Shown piece after piece: positions 31,668 through 39,720 of a stretch of DNA of 64,000 bases (position 1 is the stretch's first letter; every line of letters starts with the position of its first letter). The DNA is taken from positions 800,001 through 864,000 of the forward strand of contig CAWHXD010000008.1 in assembly GCA_963833225.1 (NCBI GenBank), in the 5' to 3' direction. The notes beneath the pieces are model-generated. The model was not told the DNA's origin. It did not search any database and saw only the letters and a list, made by a program, of their open reading frames with translations. A program made the position numbers and the translations under genes. This stretch comes from an uncultured Chloroflexia bacterium. Its GTDB lineage: Bacteria; Chloroflexota; Limnocylindria; Limnocylindrales; CSP1-4.

Positions 31668-32429
31668 TCAGCGTCCGAGGCGCACGCCGCGCGGCGCCCC
31701 GTCGAGCAGCTCGGCCCGGCCGCCCTCGACGCGCATCCACGCGAGCCCCGGTCCGGGCCACGGCGCGGTGGCCGAGGTGAGCGCCGCGACGACGTCCACC
31801 GCCCGAGCGGGATAGGCGGCCCGCAGCGTCTCCTCGACCTCGCGGGCCAGCCGCCGGGTCTCGACGGTCGAGCGCACGACGAGCAGGCGCGAGGTGGCTG
31901 GCTCGCCGTCGCGGGCGGCCCACCGCCAGAGGTTCGACGACGGCAGCGACTGCTCCTTCTCACGGTGCCATCCGATCTGTTGTTCCAGCCGTCGCAGGGC
32001 GCTCTGGAGCTCGGTGGCCACCAGGAGCCTGGCGGCCTGGTCGTGGAGGACGAGATCGATCACCCCGCGCGCGGGCCGGAGGACAGGCACCTCCGGCGAC
32101 GGCGTCCAGCGTGCGTTCAGCACCCGGAGCAGCGCCTCCCCCATCGGCGCCTGGGTGCGGTCGTGGATCCTCGGGCCGGTGTTGGGGAACAGCCGGACGG
32201 ACAGATCGGCCCCGAGCACCGCCCCGACGGCGGCCAGCACCTCGTAGCCGGCCTCGCGCCGGCCATCCTCGAGGCGGGTCATGTACGACGGGTGAATGCC
32301 CGCTGCCGACGCAACCGCGGCCCGGGTCAGTCCCGCGTCCTCGCGCAGCCGCCGCAGGTGCTCGCCGACGGAGCGGCGGACCTCGATGGCGCGCCGCTTG
32401 GCGTCGTGCTGCAGGCGTGTCTCGCCCAT
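31668..32429 (-). CDS. XRE-family HTH protein with C-terminal PD-(D/E)XK-like domain
   Basis: LRRLREDAGLTRAAVASAAGIHPSYMTRLEDG, then EVPV..GVIDLV..LVATELQS. SD GGAGG. Confidence 0.8.
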   Translation of the reverse strand: MGETRLQHDAKRRAIEVRRSVGEHLRRLREDAGLTRAAVASAAGIHPSYMTRLEDGRREAGYEVLAAVGAVLGADLSVRLFPNTGPRIHDRTQAPMGEALLRVLNARWTPSPEVPVLRPARGVIDLVLHDQAARLLVATELQSALRRLEQQIGWHREKEQSLPSSNLWRWAARDGEPATSRLLVVRSTVETRRLAREVEETLRAAYPARAVDVVAALTSATAPWPGPGLAWMRVEGGRAELLDGAPRGVRLGR

Positions 32430-32509
32430 GGGACCTCCGTCGTAGGCGGGCGGGCGCGTGGGCCGGGCGCGTCGGCCGGGACCGCTCTCGGTGCCTGGCG
32501 CTCGCGTCC

Positions 32510-32915
32510 TGACGCCCAGTCAAGCATTCGGGGCTCAACGGCGGCTTATGCGCTCTGGGGGCCTGCCAGGCGCCTCGAACGTGACCGGCCGTCAGGAACC
32601 ACGGACGACGAAGTGGGCTCGGGGCGCTTCGGGCCGGAAACCGTGACTGGGGGGCAGGTCCGGGGCCGGAGGAGCGGGCGAGGCGGGCCGGCCGGAGCGG
32701 GCGAGGCCGACCGACCGACCGACCGGCCAACCGTCGAGCATGCTGCTTGGACCTGCTTGCTGACGCGCAGGCAAGCATTCGAGGCTCAACGGCCGCCCGC
32801 CGCCCCAGGAAGGCGCCTCGCGCCGAGAACCTGACGGTGAGGCAAGGTGACGCGGCGAACGTGGGCGTGCCGGGCGCTTGGGTGCGGAAACCGTGACTGG
32901 GGGGCAGGTTCGGGG
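32510..32915. repeat. Two imperfect copies of a ~155-bp element about 250 bp apart
   Basis: CAAGCATTCG(G/A)GGCTCAACGGC at 32521 and 32772; CGGAAACCGTGACTGGGGGGCAGGT at 32635 and 32885. Confidence 0.8.
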
Positions 32916-33013
32916 CTGACCGCCCGCGGGCCGCCCGCCCGGCCGGCCGCCGGCCCGCGGGATCGAACCGGCCGCCGGCCCGCGGGACCGAACCGGCCGC
33001 CGGCCAGACCCGA

Positions 33014-33856
33014 TCAGGGACGGAGCGTGCCCGACCAGACCTGCCAGGCCAGGAGCGACTTGGCGACCAGGCTCATGACCATGTACGTCTTCTCGCCGAC
33101 CAGGTAGTCCCGCCAGCGGCCGATCTTCCGGTACTGGAGGACCATCGTGATGGCGAAGATGTTGAAGGACACGAACAGGCTGGCGATGATCACGTACACG
33201 AACGCGGGGATCCCGGCCCCGTCGGGCAGGCCGTCCTGGAACGAGTAGGCGGCCAGGATCGAGAAGATGGCGATCCAGGGCACGATCCCGGCGACGCAGC
33301 CGAAGATGAAGTGCTTCCAGTCGACGGTCTCTCGGCCCTCGTTGGCGGCCTCCATGCTCCAGCCGAACAGGTTCATGGCCACGTTGCTGCCGGCGATGGC
33401 GATCAGCGCCGGGAACTCGGTGATGTAGCTGATGTAGGCGATGGCCACGATCATCACGGTGGACGAGAACGCGTACTCGACCCAGCGCAGCGGGTTCATC
33501 CCACGGGCCAGCCACGCCTCGTAGCGGGCTCGCATGGGCCAGCCGGCAAGGAAGTGGGCGATCGAGCTCATCGCGAAGAAGCTGGCGATGAGGTAGGCGA
33601 GCGGGAACGAGACCAGCAGGACGCTGGACGGCTCCACGCCGGAGAACTTGCCGTCAGTGAGGATCGGCCGGATGGTGGGCACGACCGGCTCGAACAGGGT
33701 GGTCGTGGACGACACAACGAGCATCAGGATGAACTGGACGCCGTGCGCGATCGCCAGGAAGCGGTTCCAGCGGCGAAGCGAGCGGGCCTTCTCGGCGGGG
33801 ATGGCGGCGGCCTGCGACGCGAGCGCGTGGCGGCCGACGGCGGCTTGGGCGGTCAT
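33014..33856 (-). CDS. heR: Heliorhodopsin
   Basis: LRRWN..AIAHGVQ, SIAHF, NPLRWVEYAFSS, MNLFG..ME and the retinal-Lys motif SLVAKSLLAWQV; seven TM segments. Confidence 0.95.
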   Translation of the reverse strand: MTAQAAVGRHALASQAAAIPAEKARSLRRWNRFLAIAHGVQFILMLVVSSTTTLFEPVVPTIRPILTDGKFSGVEPSSVLLVSFPLAYLIASFFAMSSIAHFLAGWPMRARYEAWLARGMNPLRWVEYAFSSTVMIVAIAYISYITEFPALIAIAGSNVAMNLFGWSMEAANEGRETVDWKHFIFGCVAGIVPWIAIFSILAAYSFQDGLPDGAGIPAFVYVIIASLFVSFNIFAITMVLQYRKIGRWRDYLVGEKTYMVMSLVAKSLLAWQVWSGTLRP

Positions 33857-33974
33857 TGGGCGATGTCTCCTGCTCAGGGGTTGCACCTCTGTTCGCGGAT
33901 GGCCCATCCGCGGATGGGTCGGCAACCCAGGGCAGTATGCGCGGCGCCCCCGCACCGGAATCCCGGCGCCGCGC

Positions 33975-34034
33975 GGGGGCGCGGCCGGACACAGGGTTGA
34001 GCTCAGGGGGCGCGGCCGGACACGGGTTGAGCTA
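33975..34034. repeat. Short tandem duplication (2 x ~30 bp) downstream of tRNA-Ser
   Basis: GGGGGCGCGGCCGGACAC(A)GGGTTGAGCT occurs twice. Confidence 0.8.
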
Positions 34035-34040
34035 GGCGGG

Positions 34041-34125
34041 CGGCGGCGGGGTGGGATTCGAACCCACGAGACTTGCGTCTGCCGCTTTTCAAGAGCGGAG
34101 CCTTCAACCACTCGGCCACCCCGCC
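34041..34125 (-). tRNA. tRNA-Ser (anticodon TGA), CCA not encoded
   Basis: GGCGGGG start, CCGCT-CTTGAAA-AGCGG anticodon arm, variable arm, GTGGG-TTCGAAT-CCCAC T arm. The 3' acceptor strand is one C short, likely a homopolymer error. Confidence 0.9.
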
Positions 34126-34147
34126 GAGCGCGAGCATACCGTGTGGC

Positions 34148-34648
34148 CTAGGCATCCACCACGCAGGTGCCGGCGAGCAGGTCGTGCCAGCCGCGCTTGC
34201 GCTTGTCCACCAGGATCCAGGCGAAGCCCACCAGCAGCGTCAGGTGGTTGAGGTAGTAGCCAAGCAGGCGCAGGACGGCGGCAACGAACGTCACCGGGCC
34301 GCCATCCCGGTCCCGGACCACCCGGATCGCCATCAGCCGCATGCCGACAGACTGGCCGCCCCGCGACCAGGACCACGGGAAGTACATGACGTTGAACACC
34401 GCGAAGGCAAGGACCGAGAGGGCCATGCCCACCACGGCGGGACCCGCGCCCTCCGACCCGGAAGAGCCGAGCAGCGCCACCACGATCGCGCCCAGGAGGA
34501 ACAGCAGCAGCACGAACACGATGGCCATCACGATCCAGTCGATGATGAACGCCGCGAGCCGGGCACCCCCACCGGCAAACCGCATGCCCGGCGCGGGGCC
34601 GGCGGGCGCCTCGGGCCCTTGCCGGGTGGGCGGCGGCTGAACGGCCAT
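34148..34648 (-). CDS. RDD family membrane protein
   Basis: RLAAFIID, GQSVGMRLMAIRVV and RGWHDLLAGT. Confidence 0.9.
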   Translation of the reverse strand: MAVQPPPTRQGPEAPAGPAPGMRFAGGGARLAAFIIDWIVMAIVFVLLLFLLGAIVVALLGSSGSEGAGPAVVGMALSVLAFAVFNVMYFPWSWSRGGQSVGMRLMAIRVVRDRDGGPVTFVAAVLRLLGYYLNHLTLLVGFAWILVDKRKRGWHDLLAGTCVVDA

Positions 34649-34689
34649 CGAGCGTGTCTCCCTCGTCAGTTCCGCCGGCGGCGTTCCAC

Positions 34690-36015
34690 TCAGGCCTGGA
34701 CCGGCTCCCCAATCGTATCGGTGCCGAGATAGGGCCGAAGGACCTCCGGGACCGTGACCGAGCTGTCGGGGTTCTGGTAGACCTCGAGGATGGAGGCCAC
34801 GATCCGGGCAAGGGCGAGGCCGGACCCGTTGAGCGTGTGCACGAGCTCCGGCTTGGCGCCCTTCTGGGGGCGGTAGCGGATCGCCATCCGGCGCGCCTGG
34901 TAGTCGCCGAAGTTGGAGCAGGAGCTGACCTCCAGCCAGCGCTCCACGCCCGGCGCCCAGACCTCCAGGTCGTACTTCTTGCGCTGGACAAAGCCCATCT
35001 CGCCGGTGCTCATGAGCAGGACGCGATAGGGCAGCCCCAGCCGCTGGAGCAGAACCTCCGCGCGGGCGGTCATCCACTCGAGCGCCTCGCGGCTGTCCTC
35101 GGGCTTCTCGAACAGCACCATCTCCACCTTGTCGAACTGGTGGACGCGCAGGATCCCACGGGTGTCCTTGCCCGCCGCCCCGGCCTCGCGGCGGAAGCAG
35201 GGCGAGTAGGCCGCGTACCGGATCGGCAGCTGGTCGGCCTCGAGGATCTCGTCGCGGTGGAGGTTGGTGACCGGGATCTCGGCGGTGGGAACCAGGTACA
35301 GCTCGTCGCGGGTGACGACGTACATCTGGTCTTCCTTGTCCGGGATGTTGCCCGTCCCGCGGGCCGACGCCGTGTTGACCACCGCCGGCGGCCAGACCTC
35401 GGTGAAGCCGTGCTCGGCGGTGTGCACGTCCAGGAACCAGCTGATCAGGCTCCGCTGCAGGCGCGAGCCCAGGCCCTTGTAGACGGGGAACCCGGAGCCC
35501 GCGATCTTGGCGCCGCGCGGATTGTCGATGATGTCGAGCGCGTCGCCAATCTCCCAGTGCGGGCGGCGGGCCCACGTCGCGCCGTCGGGTGCGACCCCCT
35601 CGTGCGCTCCGGGCTCGCCCCAGGTGCGAACGGTGACGTTGGCCTCCTCGCCGCCGACCGGGACCTCGGGGTCCGCGGGGTTCGGGATCCGCAGCAGCAG
35701 GTCCTCGAGCTCGGCCTCGGCCGCCGCGAGCTCCGCGTCGATCTCGTCGATCCTCGCTCCGGCGCGCGTGGATTCGGCGCGCAGGTCCGCGACCTCGGGG
35801 CCGTCCGGCTTCGCCCCACCCCGGATCGCCTCGCCGATGCGCTTGCTGGCCGCGTTGCGCTCGGCCTTGAGGCCATCCGATTCGGACTGGAGGTGGCGAC
35901 GGCGGGCATCGACCTCGATCGCCCGGTCCACGAGCGTCGGATCCTCGCGCTTGTCGATGGCCCCCTGCCGGATCCGGTCCGGCTCGTCGCGGAGCCGCTG
36001 CACGCCCACGCTCAT
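34690..36015 (-). CDS. serS: Seryl-tRNA synthetase
   Basis: LVPTAE, FRREAG, RVHQFDKVE, EVSSCSN and HTLNGSGLA. ATGA overlap with lysK. Confidence 0.97.
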   Translation of the reverse strand: MSVGVQRLRDEPDRIRQGAIDKREDPTLVDRAIEVDARRRHLQSESDGLKAERNAASKRIGEAIRGGAKPDGPEVADLRAESTRAGARIDEIDAELAAAEAELEDLLLRIPNPADPEVPVGGEEANVTVRTWGEPGAHEGVAPDGATWARRPHWEIGDALDIIDNPRGAKIAGSGFPVYKGLGSRLQRSLISWFLDVHTAEHGFTEVWPPAVVNTASARGTGNIPDKEDQMYVVTRDELYLVPTAEIPVTNLHRDEILEADQLPIRYAAYSPCFRREAGAAGKDTRGILRVHQFDKVEMVLFEKPEDSREALEWMTARAEVLLQRLGLPYRVLLMSTGEMGFVQRKKYDLEVWAPGVERWLEVSSCSNFGDYQARRMAIRYRPQKGAKPELVHTLNGSGLALARIVASILEVYQNPDSSVTVPEVLRPYLGTDTIGEPVQA

Positions 36016-37622
36016 GCGATCACCTCCCCGGGCGTCCCGGTGCCGGCCTCGGTGAGGCGGCGGATGACGAAGTCGCGCTCGAGGCTCGCGAGCAGCCATC
36101 CCGCCCGCGGGCCATTGGGCCGGCCGAGGAACGAGAGGTAGAGCGCGATGAAGGCCGCCTTGGCGTCGATGCCGGCCTCCGCGGCGACCGCGAAGATGGC
36201 GGCCTGCCACTGCTCGCCGGACGAGGGGGCGTCCCCGTGGGCGACGGCCGCCAGCTCACGCAGGAACCCGAGCTGCTCGGGCCGCAGCTGCTCGGCCTCC
36301 ACCGGCACGGCGTCGCGCCGGATCTCGATCCTGGCACGCTCGGGGGCGTAGGCCTCCAGCCAGCGGTGAACGGCGGCCAGGCGGACCTCCAGGTCGGCGG
36401 CCTCCTGGTCGGTCAGCGCGGAGCCCTTCTCGGCCGCGACCCGGTCATGCACGTCGACGCCCGGAACCTGGACGAGGAGCGCGAGGTGGGCGAACGCGGG
36501 CCGGAAGGCATCGGCGGCCGCCGTGACGTCCGCCGCCGGGTCCAGCAGCGAGTACCGGAAGATGGACTCGTGGCCGGACGGCAGCTCGCCCTTGACCTCG
36601 CGGCCGGCGGTGGCGGCACCGAGCCGGTCGAACTCGTCGAACAGGCGCGGCACGGCGTCCGTGCCCTCGGGGTCGAAGTCCAGCGCGGTCTCCGGGCGCT
36701 GGCGGACGAACAGGAACCGCAGCTGCTCGGGGGGCACGACGCTGCCGATGGTGTGCGCGGCGGCTCCCCGGCCCTTGGACGTGGACATCTTCTTGCCGCC
36801 GATGTTGAGGAACTCGTACGGGAAGTTGAGCGGCGGCTCGCGCTCGAACACCTCGCGGGCGATGGCGTTGCTGCGATCGCGGGACCCGCCCGCGGTGGCC
36901 AGGTCCTTGCCGTTGGGCTCGATCGTGACGCCAAACAGGCTCCACTGCGCGGCCCACTCGAGGTTCCAGGGCAGCTTCGCCGCACCGCCAAACGGGCTGA
37001 CCCGGCCGGTCCAGCCGCAGCCGGTCGCCCACTCGACGAGGTCCGGCAGGCACGCGACCGAGACCGTCTCGCCGTCCCAGTCCGACGCGATCGTGGTGCC
37101 GATCTTGCCGCAGCTGGGGCAGACCACGCCCAGCGGCAGCCAGTGGTCGGGGTGCTGGACGTTGGCCACCCGGCGGTAGACCTCGCGCACCACCGGGGCG
37201 CGGTCGAGCGCGGTCCGGATGAACGGGTCCATCTGCCCCGTGGGGTAGATGTCGCTCATCCAGTAGTAGCGGTCCGGGCGGATGCCGAGGCCCGCGAAAG
37301 TGTCGATGAAGATGCCCGCGAAGTGGCGCGCATAGCTCGTGTGGCAGTCACCCGCCGGGTCCGGCACGTGGGCCAGCGGCCGGCCCATCTCGCGCTCGAT
37401 GGCGTCGGGCGACAGCAGCGCCTGGGCGTCCATCGGGTCCATGTCGTCCACGCCGTAGAGGAGGGTTGCCCCGAGCCCGCGGCTGCGCAGGGCGCGCGTG
37501 ATGACATCGAGGATGACGGGCCCGCGGAGGCTGCCGACGTGGACGGTGCCGGACGGCGTCTTGGAGTCGTTGACGACCTGGGGTCCTTCGACGCTCGCGG
37601 CCAGCTCGTCCGCCCAGTCCAC
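36012..37622 (-). CDS. lysK: Class I lysyl-tRNA synthetase
   Basis: DWAD, KTPSGTVHVGSLR, CPSCG, KLPW, GKDL, KMSTSKG and GPRAG are class I (not class II) motifs. Confidence 0.93.
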   Translation of the reverse strand: MDWADELAASVEGPQVVNDSKTPSGTVHVGSLRGPVILDVITRALRSRGLGATLLYGVDDMDPMDAQALLSPDAIEREMGRPLAHVPDPAGDCHTSYARHFAGIFIDTFAGLGIRPDRYYWMSDIYPTGQMDPFIRTALDRAPVVREVYRRVANVQHPDHWLPLGVVCPSCGKIGTTIASDWDGETVSVACLPDLVEWATGCGWTGRVSPFGGAAKLPWNLEWAAQWSLFGVTIEPNGKDLATAGGSRDRSNAIAREVFEREPPLNFPYEFLNIGGKKMSTSKGRGAAAHTIGSVVPPEQLRFLFVRQRPETALDFDPEGTDAVPRLFDEFDRLGAATAGREVKGELPSGHESIFRYSLLDPAADVTAAADAFRPAFAHLALLVQVPGVDVHDRVAAEKGSALTDQEAADLEVRLAAVHRWLEAYAPERARIEIRRDAVPVEAEQLRPEQLGFLRELAAVAHGDAPSSGEQWQAAIFAVAAEAGIDAKAAFIALYLSFLGRPNGPRAGWLLASLERDFVIRRLTEAGTGTPGEVIA

Positions 37623-37706
37623 GGTGTGTGCCCCTCTCTCCGGCGTCCGGCCGGGGGTGATCGCCCCGACGCGCGTGGTGCCGGCTCGGGGCCGCCGGTG
37701 CTGGTG

Positions 37707-38171
37707 CTACTTGATCTCGACGATCGTGTACGCGAAGTCGCCCGCCGGGACCTTGACGACGACCTTGTCGCCCTTCTTGCGGCCGAGCAACGCGCGGCCC
37801 ACGGGCGACTCGTTGGAGATGCGGCCGTCCGCGGGCTTCGCCTCGGCAGACCCGACGATCATGAACGTCTCGGGGCCTTCCTCGCCCTTCACCTTCACCG
37901 TCGATCCGATCTGCACGTGGTCCGTGGACGTGTGCTCGTCGATGATCGCGGCGTTCTTGATCATCCCCTCGAGCGTCTGGATACGACCCTCAACGAACGC
38001 CTGCTCGTTCTTGGCGTCCTCGTACTCGGCATTCTCCGAGAGGTCGCCGTGCTCCTTGGCGTCGTGGATCCGCTGGGCGATCTCGGGCCGGCGGACGCTC
38101 AGGATCTCGTCGAGCTCCGCGCGGAGCTTGTCGAGGCCGTCCTTGCTGATGTAGGTCGTCTTGCTGTTCAC
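37707..38171 (-). CDS. greA: Transcription elongation factor GreA
   Basis: HGDLSENAEYEDAK and ISNESPVGRALLG. Confidence 0.96.
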   Translation of the reverse strand: MNSKTTYISKDGLDKLRAELDEILSVRRPEIAQRIHDAKEHGDLSENAEYEDAKNEQAFVEGRIQTLEGMIKNAAIIDEHTSTDHVQIGSTVKVKGEEGPETFMIVGSAEAKPADGRISNESPVGRALLGRKKGDKVVVKVPAGDFAYTIVEIK

Positions 38172-38234
38172 GGGTACAGGCCCCCGGAGGCGCGGGACCG
38201 GCACTACCGGGGTGCCGCCGCTCGGTCGGTTTGA

Positions 38235-38274
38235 ACAAAAGGACCCCGGGGCGCCTGGTGCGCCGCCGAGGGTC
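38235..38274 (-). terminator. Intrinsic terminator-like hairpin in the greA leader
   Basis: GACCCTCGGCGGCGC-ACCAG-GCGCCCCGGGGTC followed by CTTTTGTT. Confidence 0.65.
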
Positions 38275-38289
38275 GGTGGATCGGGCGGA

Positions 38290-38318
38290 ATGGTATCCGC
38301 GCGGCCCGAAAACGTCAA
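38290..38318 (-). promoter_or_regulatory. Sigma70-type promoter upstream of greA
   Basis: TTGACG, 17 nt spacer, TACCAT. Confidence 0.75.
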
Positions 38319-38345
38319 AGGTGACCCGGCATCGGACGCTGGGTC

Positions 38346-38819
38346 CTAGCCCTCGACTTCTCCGAGCTGCTCCAGCCGCCGCCGCACGCGGCCCAGCGAC
38401 CCACGATCGGCAAACGCGATGAACACCGTGTCGTCACCGGCGATGGAGCCTGCGACCTCTGGCCACCGGGCGCGGTCCAGGGCGGCGGCCAGCGGGTGTG
38501 CCGAGCCGGGCAGGGTCTTGAGCACGAGCAGGGTGCCGGCCTCGCGCATCTCCACGGGCATCTCGTGGAGGAGCCGCCGGATGCGTTCCTCGCCGCTGGT
38601 GTCCGCCTCGCGGAGCCGCGGCGGGATGGCATAGGCCTGCATCCCGTTGCGGCCCGCCTTGACCAGGCCCAGCTCCGCGACATCGCGCGAGATCGTGGCC
38701 TGCGTCGTCCGGAAGCCACGCTCTCGCAGGGCGGCCGCCAGCTCCTGCTGGGTCCGGATCGGGCGCTGTTCCACCAGGTCACGGATCGCGCGCTGGCGGA
38801 GCTGCTTCATCACCTCCAC
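38346..38819 (-). CDS. argR: Arginine repressor
   Basis: TQQEL, TQATISRD, KTLPGSA and GSIAGDDT. Confidence 0.95.
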   Translation of the reverse strand: MEVMKQLRQRAIRDLVEQRPIRTQQELAAALRERGFRTTQATISRDVAELGLVKAGRNGMQAYAIPPRLREADTSGEERIRRLLHEMPVEMREAGTLLVLKTLPGSAHPLAAALDRARWPEVAGSIAGDDTVFIAFADRGSLGRVRRRLEQLGEVEG

Positions 38820-38836
38820 GCGATGCCTCCGGTTCG

Positions 38837-39661
38837 CTACCGGACCAGGAACACGGCGAGGACGACGGCCGCGAGCGCCAGGCGGTAGACGACGAAGATG
38901 TTGAACGACCGCGTCTGCACGTAGCGGAGCAGCACGGAGATCGCGAGCACGCCGGACACGAACGACGCGACGACCCCCACGACCAGGGTCGCGGGCTCCG
39001 CCCCACCGACCTCACCGCGGACCAGCTTGAGCGTCTCGTAGGCGACCGCCATCGCGGTGATCGGCGTCGCCATCAGGAAGCTGTACCGGGCCGCAGCCGC
39101 ACGATCGAGGCCCGCGAACAGCCCCGCGGAGATCGAGATCCCGGATCGGGACACGCCCGGGATCAGGGCCAGGGCCTGGGCAAGGCCGATCCCCACGGCA
39201 CCACGTGCGGTCAGTCGGCCGATGGGATGGGTGCGCGCGCCCCAGCGGTCGGCCAGCCACAGGACCGCGCCGGCCAGGACCAGCATCACCGCGACGAGGC
39301 CCGGCCTGCGGGTGTTCTGCTCCACGATGTCGTTGAGGAACAGGGCGATGACGGCCGCCGGCAGCGTCGACAGCACCAGCAGCCAGATGAGCCGCCGGTC
39401 GGGGTTGTCGCCGATCGACCGATCGCGCAGCGAGGCGAAGAACGCCGGGATCAGCCGCAGCCAGTCCTCGCGGAAGTAGGCGAGCAGCGCCAGGAGCGTC
39501 CCACCATGCAGCACCACGGAGAACGCGAGCGACTCGATGAACGTGCCGCTCCAGCCGAACAGGTAGGGGATGAGGATCAGGTGCCCGGACGACGAGATCG
39601 GCAGGAACTCGGTCAGCCCCTGCGCGATCCCCATGACGAGCGCCTGGATGATCTGGTCCAT
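38837..39661 (-). CDS. uppP: Undecaprenyl-diphosphatase
   Basis: QGLTEFLPISSSGH and PGVSRSG. Confidence 0.95.
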   Translation of the reverse strand: MDQIIQALVMGIAQGLTEFLPISSSGHLILIPYLFGWSGTFIESLAFSVVLHGGTLLALLAYFREDWLRLIPAFFASLRDRSIGDNPDRRLIWLLVLSTLPAAVIALFLNDIVEQNTRRPGLVAVMLVLAGAVLWLADRWGARTHPIGRLTARGAVGIGLAQALALIPGVSRSGISISAGLFAGLDRAAAARYSFLMATPITAMAVAYETLKLVRGEVGGAEPATLVVGVVASFVSGVLAISVLLRYVQTRSFNIFVVYRLALAAVVLAVFLVR

Positions 39662-39720
39662 GAATTCAACTCCGGGCGACCGGGATCACGAGGACCCGGT
39701 CGCCCGAGAGGTCTCCTCCG

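Noticed and set aside
29364-34041. Prophage or integrative element at tRNA-Ser(TGA)
   Set aside because: No integrase, no duplicated tRNA 3' end and no phage genes were found.
38820-38836. ARG box for argR autoregulation
   Set aside because: The 17-bp gap has no AT-rich TGAAT-like palindrome.
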